From: a virus
Direction: 5' to 3' (one strand)
Length of the DNA stretch: 14,945 bases
Virus record (IMG/VR): IMGVR_UViG_3300001520_000028
Coordinates: 1-14,945 of that record
Made by a program: the position numbers and the translations under genes. The stretch's first letter is position 1; every line of letters begins with the position of its first letter. The notes below the pieces were generated by a model that had not been told where the DNA came from, searched no databases, and saw nothing but the letters and a program-made list of their open reading frames with translations. Below are positions 1 to 6,667 of this stretch, piece after piece.

Positions 1-1586
1 GGCGGGATTCCAGCGTAAATAATACCGTCATAAATCAATTGAGGACAAAAATTCCAGATAAAAGTATAAAATAGGTTTTTAATATGAGCACCATCAACGT
101 CAGCATCACTCATAATAATAATTTTACCATAGCGGAGTTCATCACGGTTATATGTAACCCGCATTGTTTTTGTATCAATCTTTAAACCAAACGCTTCAAT
201 CATGGTCATAATTTCAGCATTTTTTTGAATCTTATCTAAGGTAGCTTTTTGTGTGTTAAGGATTTTACCACGGACGGGCATTACAGCTTGAAATTCATTA
301 TTACGTGCCGTTTTTAAACCACCTGCCGCACTATTTCCTTCAACAATATAAATTTCACATTTTGCTCTATCTTCACTATAACAATCCGCAAGTTTACTAT
401 CAAATTTTAAAGCCTTTTCTTTTTTCTTTCCTTGCTCTCTTGCTTTTTCTCTTGCCTTCTTAGCAGCTTCTCTTGCTTTTTTAGCGTTAATAGCTTTGTC
501 TGCAATAAGTTTAATTTCTTTTTCGTTATTAACTAACCAATATTGAAGATTTTCAGTTAAAGCTACACTAAAAGGCTTCATTTCAATTTTAGTAATACGA
601 GTTTTAACTTGCGCATCATATGATATATTTGGAGCGGTAATATTAAAAACAATATACATACCTTCCTGTATATCATCGCCAGTTAAATTCTCATCTGTAG
701 ATTTAAGCCATTTCTTTTCTTTAAAGAATTTATTAAATTCACGAGTAATAATAGATTTTACCTGAGTAATATGCTGTCCTGTCTCGGTTAAACCTGTATT
801 GACATATGGAACAATAGTAGAAGAATAATTAGATGTATAGGTAAGAACCATATCCATTTTATTCTTACCTTCTGCAAAATTCATATTAAATCTATTATTA
901 ATAAGTTCTTTATTGCCTACTGCGGCATCGACTAAATCATTTAAACCTTTTTCGGATATATAGTCATATATCTTACCATTTTCATTTAAGTGAAGTGTTA
1001 ATCCTGGGCATAGACAAGAAATAGTTTTAAGTAATGAATGGACTCTATTACTTTCTACTTCCGTATGAGTAAAAAATTCTTCCGAAGGTTGCCATTCTAC
1101 CAGTGTACCATGTACACCACCTGCTCCCGCAGTTCTATTTTGAAACACACCTTCTTCAAAATAGATTTCTTCCCATTCATTATCTCTCATAGTTTTGACT
1201 CTTAACCAATGACTTAAAAAGTTTGTGATTTTAGAGCCAATACCGTATGAGCCTAAACTTGTTCCTTCATAAGTTCCATCTTCTCTATATTTACCAGAAG
1301 TATTAAGAACATCAAAAGAAGCCTGAAGAATTGTTTCTCCATCTTCTCTAAAACTATTACATATAAAACCTTGTCCATAATCCCGTACAGAAACTGTATC
1401 TCCAATTATTGTTATATCAATACGATTACCATTTCCAAGACGAAATTCATCAACCGCATTAGAAATAATTTCTACTAATAACTGTGTTGAATAAGTTGTA
1501 TCACCTGCATAAACACCAGGACGTAATCGTGTAAATTCTAATGGAGAAAGACTTTCAATACTATCTTCATTATAAAGTTTTGCCAT
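1..1586 (-). CDS. Type IIA DNA topoisomerase ATPase/Toprim subunit (GyrB-like), N-terminal 528 codons. The gene runs off the window's left edge.
   Basis: Start ATG at complement 1586-1584, preceded by AAAGGAGAAATAA. Hand translation gives MAKLYNEDSIESLSPLEFTRLRPGVYAGDTTYSTQLLVEIISNAVDE (GHKL ATPase N-terminus). It continues through ...KAINAKKAREAAKKAREKAREQG...LADCYSEDRAKCEIYIVEGNSAAGG (Toprim EGDSAGG-type motif), QAVMPVRGKILNTQKAT and IIIMSDADVDGAHIKNLFYTF. These are collinear with E. coli GyrB residues about 380-520. No in-frame stop was found down to position 1. The ORF track omits it because it is edge-truncated. Confidence 0.9.
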   Translation of the reverse strand, partial: MAKLYNEDSIESLSPLEFTRLRPGVYAGDTTYSTQLLVEIISNAVDEFRLGNGNRIDITIIGDTVSVRDYGQGFICNSFREDGETILQASFDVLNTSGKYREDGTYEGTSLGSYGIGSKITNFLSHWLRVKTMRDNEWEEIYFEEGVFQNRTAGAGGVHGTLVEWQPSEEFFTHTEVESNRVHSLLKTISCLCPGLTLHLNENGKIYDYISEKGLNDLVDAAVGNKELINNRFNMNFAEGKNKMDMVLTYTSNYSSTIVPYVNTGLTETGQHITQVKSIITREFNKFFKEKKWLKSTDENLTGDDIQEGMYIVFNITAPNISYDAQVKTRITKIEMKPFSVALTENLQYWLVNNEKEIKLIADKAINAKKAREAAKKAREKAREQGKKKEKALKFDSKLADCYSEDRAKCEIYIVEGNSAAGGLKTARNNEFQAVMPVRGKILNTQKATLDKIQKNAEIMTMIEAFGLKIDTKTMRVTYNRDELRYGKIIIMSDADVDGAHIKNLFYTFIWNFCPQLIYDGIIYAGIP

Positions 1587-1689
1587 TTATTTCTCCTTTA
1601 TATATTGATTTATATTCTATTTTATTTTGAAAATTATCATCATAACATTTAATCTAAATCTTATCAGGTAACATAATAAGAGACGATGA

Positions 1690-1794
1690 CTACTTTAAAA
1701 TAGATTCAAAACTAGAATAAAAGTGTTGTAATCGATCCACATCAAAAAGAGAATCTCCATATTCATCTGTAGGATAAGACATTATATAAATCAT
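1690..1794 (-). CDS. Small hypothetical ORF of 34 aa. It ends at a TAG; if the TAG were read through it would extend to a TAA overlapping the GyrB start.
   Basis: ATG at complement 1794-1792 with SD AAAGGAGAGAAAAA. Translation is MIYIMSYPTDEYGDSLFDVDRLQHFYSSFESILK, followed by TAG at 1690-1692. No recognisable domain. Confidence 0.3.
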   Translation of the reverse strand: MIYIMSYPTDEYGDSLFDVDRLQHFYSSFESILK

Positions 1795-1827
1795 TTTTTC
1801 TCTCCTTTTATATTTTTTCTATAAATA

Positions 1828-1856
1828 TTATAGCAAAATTTTTGTAAAATTGCAAT
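1828..1856 (-). promoter_or_regulatory. Sigma-70-type promoter on the minus strand: TTGCAA, 17-nt spacer, TATAAT. It would drive the small ORF and the GyrB-like gene.
   Basis: The reverse complement of 1828-1856 reads TTGCAATTTTACAAAAATTTTGCTATAAT. The -35 element is at 1851-1856, the -10 at 1828-1833, and the spacer is 17 nt. Confidence 0.55.
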
Positions 1857-1892
1857 TCATATCAAGTCTTTACCTTTAATGACACATTGTAC

Positions 1893-1921
1893 TTGACTTT
1901 TCAAAAATTTTTCGCTATAAT
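1893..1921 (+). promoter_or_regulatory. Sigma-70-type promoter on the plus strand: TTGACT, 17-nt spacer, TATAAT. It is divergent from the minus-strand promoter.
   Basis: TTGACT at 1893-1898, TATAAT at 1916-1921, spacer 17 nt. The predicted TSS is about 1928-1930. Confidence 0.55.
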
Positions 1922-1928
1922 ATAAAAA

Positions 1929-2022
1929 AGAAAAACAAATGACAAAAGTGGGTAGAAACGTAATATATATATCTATAGACAAAAATAACGGTGTGTAGTA
2001 TTTAATACTACACACCTTTTTT
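1929..2022 (+). ncRNA. Candidate small RNA of about 94 nt. It is the complete unit between the consensus plus-strand promoter and the intrinsic terminator.
   Basis: The promoter at 1893-1921 is followed about 70 nt later by a strong terminator. The only ATG (1939) has no SD, and its frame contains TAG codons. The transcript is A-rich and shows no tRNA cloverleaf or T-loop. Confidence 0.3.
1990..2022. terminator. Bidirectional rho-independent terminator. It ends the plus-strand short transcript and lies just 3' of the endolysin stop on the minus strand.
   Basis: Stem GGTGTGTAGTA (1990-2000), loop TTTAA, stem TACTACACACC (2006-2016), then TTTTTT (2017-2022). On the minus strand the same hairpin is followed by GTTATTTTTG. 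Confidence 0.75.
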
Positions 2023-2023
2023 A

Positions 2024-3496
2024 TTATATTGCTTGGACATATCTGTAATTAATAAAACCATAAATTTTATTATCTATACGAATATAATACCATGTTGTGC
2101 CATTGCTAGCTTGTATACTATCACAGACCTATACTATTTTATTCTTATAAATAATTGGAATACTCTTTAAAGTTTTATATTCAACACCTGCCCAACTTCT
2201 TACGTATAAAGCATTTGCTGTAACTTTAACTTTAAAATAATTATCACGGGCGGGAGATGCTTTACCTGTTCTAGTAAATGTAGTTTTAGATGTTGCTAAT
2301 AAAGTTTTATCATTATTAATATTTTTTGCGGGAGTTACCTTCTATTCTGTTTTAGGTGTAGTTTCCGCCTTCGCATATTTAGGAATAGCATAACCGCGAA
2401 TGTTACCATTAGCTACTTTTAAGGAGCGGCGCGCAACTACTCCGCTATTTCCTGTATTTCCTTCTATTGTAGTAATAGTATTGCCCGAAACTTTTTCAAC
2501 AATACCAATATGATCTGCAAAACCATCATTTGGTTGAGTACCATCATCCCAGTTATATGTTATAATCCATCCTGGCTGAGGAGTAACTGAACCATTTTCC
2601 TACCATATACCCGCTTTCTTAAATAATTGAATATGTCTTTCAACGCCACATTCTGTTCCACCAATTAAATCGACAGCATTATTTTTAATAAATGCCGCAG
2701 ATAATGTTGTATCACAATAGTCATCAGTATATTTAACTTTATAGCCAACCGCCAAAGGGGTATGACTATTATATAAATCAATTATATCTCTATGAGTTTG
2801 TTTAGCTTTACTCTTGCCAATCCAACCCTACATAGTTTTTATAATATCTTTTGCGGTAGTTCCTTTAGTTGGAATAGGAGTTGTAATAGGTCGTTCCTAT
2901 ACTTCTGCTCCATAAAAATAATTCATATCAACATTTCCAGAAATGCCGTTTACTTTTCCTTTGCTTGTATACTGTTGATAAGTACAAGGAAAATGAGGTT
3001 CAGGGTTATAATCTGCTAACCATACAATATATTTTTTAATAGTTGCCGCATCGTACCAATTTTTATAATAATCTTGATTTAAATAAAAACCAGCTTTGTA
3101 ACCTTTACTTTTGACGTAATCGCAAAAGGCATTTGTAAATTCGATACAATTTGTTTTAGTTAAATAAACCTTTTTATTTTTTGCGCTTTTTACGGTATCG
3201 TATTCAAAGTCATAAAATATAATAATATCTTTTCCTAGACCTGCGGCCTCCACATTTTTAATACAACTTTTTGCTTCTTCTACGGCATCGTTTTTATTTA
3301 AAGCATAAGCAAAATGATAAACTCCATGAATAGGGATTCCCGCCTATTTAAATTTTTTTACATTAGCGATAAAATATTTATCAATTGTTTTTCTGTATCC
3401 CTATCTAATAATAACAAAATCAATTCCTGATGTTTTTACTTTCTTAGCGTCAATATTACCTTGCCACTAAGAAATATCAATACCTTTTAATGCCAT
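2024..3496 (-). CDS. Modular endolysin of about 490 aa: GH25 muramidase, CHAP/NlpC-P60 peptidase and SH3b wall-binding domain. It contains 8 in-frame TAG sense codons.
   Basis: ATG at complement 3496-3494 with SD GAAAGGAGATAAT. N-terminus MALKGIDIS-TAG-WQGNIDAKKVKTSGIDFVIIR-TAG-GYRKTIDKYFIANVKKFK-TAG-AGIPIHGVYHFAYA... joins track ORF 2897-3253 (...GAEV). It continues past TAG 2897-2899 into ...GYKVKYTDDYCDTTLSAAFIKNNAVDLIGGTECG...ADHIGIVEKVSGNTITTIEGN (Cys/His peptidase), then ...ALYVRSWAGVEYKTLKSIPIIYKNKIV-TAG-VCDSIQASNGTTWYYIRIDNKIYGFINYRYVQAI (SH3b). The stop is TAA at complement 2026-2024. In-frame TAGs are at 3467, 3401, 3344, 2897, 2828, 2600, 2342 and 2129 (plus-strand start coordinate of each CTA). 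There is no in-frame TAA/TGA and no frameshift. Confidence 0.85.
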
Positions 3497-3510
3497 ATTA
3501 TCTCCTTTCA

Positions 3511-3545
3511 AAAAAAGAAGCGGTAGGATTAACCTACCGCTTCTT
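3511..3545 (-). terminator. Rho-independent terminator for minus-strand transcripts. It sits exactly at the holin stop codon, between the holin and the endolysin.
   Basis: The minus strand reads AAGAAGCGGTAGG-TTAAT-CCTACCGCTTCTT, a 13-bp stem with a 5-nt loop, followed by TTTTTT (plus-strand A6 at 3511-3516). The holin TAA (3529-3531) lies in the loop. The endolysin SD and ATG follow 14 nt later. Confidence 0.65.
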
Positions 3546-3747
3546 CAGAATCTTTAACTTCTGGAAGTCCAGCTAAACTAGTCATAATAGAAAGGAATCC
3601 TGCTACGCAAGCAACTGAACCAACATATGTCCAGTTAACTTCATTAATTGCGGCACCTACAGTTATCATAGAAACAAAAGACTGCGCAAAAGTCTTAATG
3701 GCTCTAATACCTGCTGCCTTAATCCATTTCTTTTGTTTTTCACTCAT
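3529..3747 (-). CDS. Holin, 72 aa. It has a small hydrophobic core and a charged C-terminus.
   Basis: Track ORF MSEKQKKWIKAAGIRAIKTFAQSFVSMITVGAAINEVNWTYVGSVACVAGFLSIMTSLAGLPEVKDSEEAVG. SD AAGGAGG lies 8 nt upstream. It sits directly 5' of the endolysin. The stop is TAA, with no TAG codons. Confidence 0.75.
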   Translation of the reverse strand: MSEKQKKWIKAAGIRAIKTFAQSFVSMITVGAAINEVNWTYVGSVACVAGFLSIMTSLAGLPEVKDSEEAVG

Positions 3748-3752
3748 AATAA

Positions 3753-3796
3753 AAATACCTCCTTATTATATATAAATATATAAAAAAGAGGTATTT
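3753..3796 (-). promoter_or_regulatory. Hairpin that sequesters the holin Shine-Dalgarno site; possible translational control element or terminator.
   Basis: The minus-strand RNA is AAAUACCUC, a 26-nt AU-rich loop, GAGGUAUUU, then UUAUU-AUG. The 3' arm contains the holin SD GGAGG, and the hairpin is followed by a U-rich run. Confidence 0.35.
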
Positions 3797-3802
3797 AACT
3801 TT

Positions 3803-4246
3803 TTACTTTTTTGACCTTTTTTCTTTTATTTGTTGTAAATGTTTTTTATTATCTTCAAGAGCACGATTAATTGATTCAATCCACCCCTCTAGATAATTAA
3901 TTCTTTTTTTATGGTATTTAGTCATAAAATGAAATCTTAATCGTATCGTTCTCATTATTAAATATTCATCATAAGAATTATCATGAATATTATTTATAAT
4001 ATCTTTGGTCATTCTTTCTATAGTATGAAGAATAATTTTTTCTCGTTTTAACTCATCTTTATAGGCTTTTCGCACAGCTTTCATTTCAGCTATACGTAAG
4101 CCGGTATATTTACTTTGAATTTCTTCGTCATCAGGATGAACTTTAGCAAATCCAGTATATGTTCCTCTTTTGGTTTTTACAGTAACAATAGATTTACCTG
4201 ATACAGGGTCAAAAACAGAATTAGAAAGTTTTACTCTTAGCTGCAT
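3803..4246 (-). CDS. Hypothetical protein, 147 aa.
   Basis: Track ORF with SD AAAGGAAATAAAG. Stop TAA, TAG-free. No recognisable domain. Confidence 0.6.
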   Translation of the reverse strand: MQLRVKLSNSVFDPVSGKSIVTVKTKRGTYTGFAKVHPDDEEIQSKYTGLRIAEMKAVRKAYKDELKREKIILHTIERMTKDIINNIHDNSYDEYLIMRTIRLRFHFMTKYHKKRINYLEGWIESINRALEDNKKHLQQIKEKRSKK

Positions 4247-4349
4247 CTTTATTTCCTTTCTTTTTTATAACGTAGTCTCTGATAATGATAATAGTCATTT
4301 CTACAAAAAGAGTTCCTACAATTCCTACAAGCACAGGATTTACAATCAT
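4221..4349 (-). CDS. Small single-pass membrane peptide, 42 aa.
   Basis: ATG at complement 4349-4347 in an ATGA overlap with the stop of the phosphoesterase gene, with SD AAGGAGAAGAAAGA. Translation is MIVNPVLVGIVGTLFVEMTIIIIRDYVIKKKGNKDAAKSKTF, a hydrophobic stretch followed by a basic tail. Stop TAA at 4221-4223. It overlaps the next gene's start by 26 nt. Confidence 0.4.
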   Translation of the reverse strand: MIVNPVLVGIVGTLFVEMTIIIIRDYVIKKKGNKDAAKSKTF

Positions 4350-4891
4350 TCTTTCTTCTCCTTATATTTATTAATATCTTTAATTATTTGCTCTATAGAT
4401 ACGGGATAACAATTATGAGCATCCATTGCTACATTATAAATACTATATTGTCCAAACTCAAATTTATTAGAACTATGAGTATGTCCAGATAAATTCCAGA
4501 AGAAACGCTCTTCCTCAAAATTACCTACAAGAGTAGGATAATGAGAAAGATAAAAAATTTTCTTTTTATTGTATTTATAAATTGAAGCAAAACCAAGATA
4601 TGTCATACCGTATTCTGTTTGATATTTATTAAGTTTATTATTTGTATCATGGTTCCCCCAAATAATAAATTTTTCACCATTTAATACTTTATAAACACGA
4701 TTCCATTCTTTCTCGTTTCCACTCATACAAAGGTCGCCAAGAATATAAACAGTATCTTCTGGAGTTACAATACTATTCCATCTTTTTAAGATTTCTGTGT
4801 CATGTTCTTCGATTGAAGAGAAACCGCGCGGGCGCCAGATAAAATCCTTATCGTGCCCGATATGGAGGTCTGAGGTAAAATAAACAGCCAT
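4346..4891 (-). CDS. Calcineurin-like metallophosphoesterase, 181 aa.
   Basis: Motifs DLHIGH, GDLCM, GNHD and GHTH are in the canonical order. Stop TGA. Adjacent to the kinase and the RNA ligase. Confidence 0.85.
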   Translation of the reverse strand: MAVYFTSDLHIGHDKDFIWRPRGFSSIEEHDTEILKRWNSIVTPEDTVYILGDLCMSGNEKEWNRVYKVLNGEKFIIWGNHDTNNKLNKYQTEYGMTYLGFASIYKYNKKKIFYLSHYPTLVGNFEEERFFWNLSGHTHSSNKFEFGQYSIYNVAMDAHNCYPVSIEQIIKDINKYKEKKE

Positions 4892-4892
4892 A

Positions 4893-5405
4893 TTATCTCC
4901 TTTCTAAAAGATTTATTGATTTTCCATCAAAAGTATATATATAGTCAAAAGGCTCATTGTAGGTTGGCGGTTCCATTCTAAGATACATATTATGTACTTC
5001 ATGCGGAGGCACAAAGGTGCGGCCGCCCTTTCTTGTTTCATTGCGTTCAAGACATGTTTCCAAAGGAAGATTCATATATACACCTATTACGGCTACTTTT
5101 GTTCTATCTATATGAAGATTATGAAAAAGAGCATTACGACTTTTTCTATTTAAATGTGTTGCATCTGCAATAACATTATAACCTTCTTTTAAATTTTCAT
5201 TAATTTGTCTAATAAATTCTTTATAAACTTGTTTTTCTTTTGCAAAATAATTATCTGTATCAGAAAGAAAAGCGAATCTTATCCCGTCTCTTGAAATATG
5301 GATAGTATTATCATTCATAATAGCATATTTTGCATAAGTAGATTTTCCTGAACCAGGAATACCTATCATAATATATAATTTATTTTTTTCCATTTTTTTC
5401 TCCAA
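4893..5405 (-). CDS. P-loop polynucleotide-kinase-like protein (T4 Pnk kinase-domain family), 170 aa.
   Basis: Walker A MIGIPGSGKSTYAKY and a downstream ISRDGIR motif match the T4 Pnk pattern GCPGSGKST...NRDDYR. SD GGAGAAAAAA. Stop TAA. Confidence 0.7.
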   Translation of the reverse strand: MEKKMEKNKLYIMIGIPGSGKSTYAKYAIMNDNTIHISRDGIRFAFLSDTDNYFAKEKQVYKEFIRQINENLKEGYNVIADATHLNRKSRNALFHNLHIDRTKVAVIGVYMNLPLETCLERNETRKGGRTFVPPHEVHNMYLRMEPPTYNEPFDYIYTFDGKSINLLERR

Positions 5406-5410
5406 AACGA

Positions 5411-5433
5411 GGGAGAGATAATCTCTCCCTCTA
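5411..5433 (-). promoter_or_regulatory. GC-rich perfect hairpin between the RNA ligase stop and the kinase SD.
   Basis: GAGGGAGAGA-TAA-TCTCTCCCTC: a 10-bp stem and 3-nt loop, followed on the minus strand by GUUUUGG. It stands out as very GC-rich in AT-rich DNA. Confidence 0.4.
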
Positions 5434-5440
5434 TTATTTA

Positions 5441-6667
5441 TTATCCGTGATAGGCAAGTAGAAATTCATTAGAAACAGCTTTAAAAGATTTGCTGCCATC
5501 TTCAGAACGGAATACAATACCTTCTCGCATATCACCATCAATTTGAGATTTATCTGTTGCGTATTCGAGTAACTCTTCTACTGTATCAGGAAGAATGAAC
5601 TTACTATCAACAACAGGGACGCAAGGAATCCGATAGTAATCTTCAAGTAATTCTCTCATTTTAAGAGTATTAAATCTTCCCTTATCAGAAATAATAAGGT
5701 TAAAAGCCATAAAATCATGTCCTTTAAGATGATAATCTCTTTTTTGTACACCTGCGCCATAGGTTTCACCCTGGATAGTAATCCATTCTGCGGCTGGGAA
5801 TAATGTCAGCATTTCAGTTAGAACATGTTCAATATGGTATTTTTCTGCCATCTCTGTATAGATATTAGTTTCATAAAAACATGTTTTATCAGGCTTATCA
5901 AAGCAGACGTTACGAGAACAAACATAAAACTCATTTTTACGAGGCCACTTCCCGCGTTTAATAGTAAAGGTAGTAGAAGAGCCATCAATCTTTTCTGTTG
6001 CAATCCAAGGGTTTTTATCTTCAAGAATCCAAGGTATATTTTGAACTCTTTCTTCATCAGTTTTCTTTACCCAAGCAGGCCAACCAGTTTTATCTCTCTT
6101 TTTACCGAAGAAAATGAAAAGAAATTTCTTTCCCCATTCCCGCTTCATAAGCCAGCGGAAAGGTTGCTTTGCAAAGAGTTTACCATTACGCTGTGCCATT
6201 TTCTTATATTTATCTACAGAAGGTGCTTTACGAGTATTATCTTCTGCGATATAGTAAGTTACACCAAGCTGTTTAGTAAGAAAACGAGAGTCATTCCCAG
6301 CATTGTGCTCAACCCCGTTAGAGTCATGAATAGAATAACCATAATTATGATTCTCAATAGTCCAATTAAGATTGGCAGCAGATATAAGTAAACCTTGACT
6401 TAATGATTTACACATTTTCTGAGTTTTAATCTTATATTTCTTCTTAGCAAGAAACTCCATATCAGTAAAAGGTTTTACTTCAGGAAGCTTTGAGTCAATC
6501 TCAAAGTAAATAGCGGGGTCGCCTACTTTAAATTCACCTTTACCGACAACGATAGTCCACCCGCCAACATGAGCAAGTTCTACTCTATCATATCCTTCGA
6601 TTGGAGTAATGTTATCAATAGTTACAACATATGCAAGTTCTCTTTCGTTAGTTTTTGGATTAAGCAT
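5441..6667 (-). CDS. ATP-dependent RNA ligase, 408 aa. It has a DraRnl/NgrRnl-type (Rnl5-like) N-terminal domain and a KxDG nucleotidyltransferase motif.
   Basis: N-terminus ELAYVVTIDNITPIEGYDRVELAHVGGWTIVVGKGEFKVGDPAIYFEIDSKLP matches the OB-like N-domain of D. radiodurans-type RNA ligases. The lysine-adenylation motif is TEKIDGSSTTF. Stop TAA. The start overlaps the upstream ORF by 8 nt. Confidence 0.7.
   Translation of the reverse strand: MLNPKTNERELAYVVTIDNITPIEGYDRVELAHVGGWTIVVGKGEFKVGDPAIYFEIDSKLPEVKPFTDMEFLAKKKYKIKTQKMCKSLSQGLLISAANLNWTIENHNYGYSIHDSNGVEHNAGNDSRFLTKQLGVTYYIAEDNTRKAPSVDKYKKMAQRNGKLFAKQPFRWLMKREWGKKFLFIFFGKKRDKTGWPAWVKKTDEERVQNIPWILEDKNPWIATEKIDGSSTTFTIKRGKWPRKNEFYVCSRNVCFDKPDKTCFYETNIYTEMAEKYHIEHVLTEMLTLFPAAEWITIQGETYGAGVQKRDYHLKGHDFMAFNLIISDKGRFNTLKMRELLEDYYRIPCVPVVDSKFILPDTVEELLEYATDKSQIDGDMREGIVFRSEDGSKSFKAVSNEFLLAYHG

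Noticed and set aside
1929-2022. The short promoter-to-terminator unit as the expected amber-suppressor tRNA
   Set aside because: No acceptor or T-arm features are present (no GTTC or TTCGA-type T-loop and no 7-bp acceptor pairing). The sequence is A-rich and unstructured apart from the terminator hairpin. No tRNA-like sequence was found in any intergenic region of the window.
1939-2055. A 38-codon peptide (MTKVG-TAG-KRNIYISIDKNNGV-TAG-YLIL...) inside the short transcript
   Set aside because: There is no Shine-Dalgarno sequence upstream of the ATG. The frame needs two TAG readthroughs and runs through the terminator stem. The composition is non-protein-like.
2792-3253. Track ORF 2792-3019 (+), and the truncated 118-aa version of 2897-3253 (-)
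   Set aside because: The plus-strand ORF is antisense to the endolysin and cysteine-rich junk. The 118-aa minus-strand ORF is only the segment of the endolysin between two TAG codons, and the real gene spans 2024-3496.
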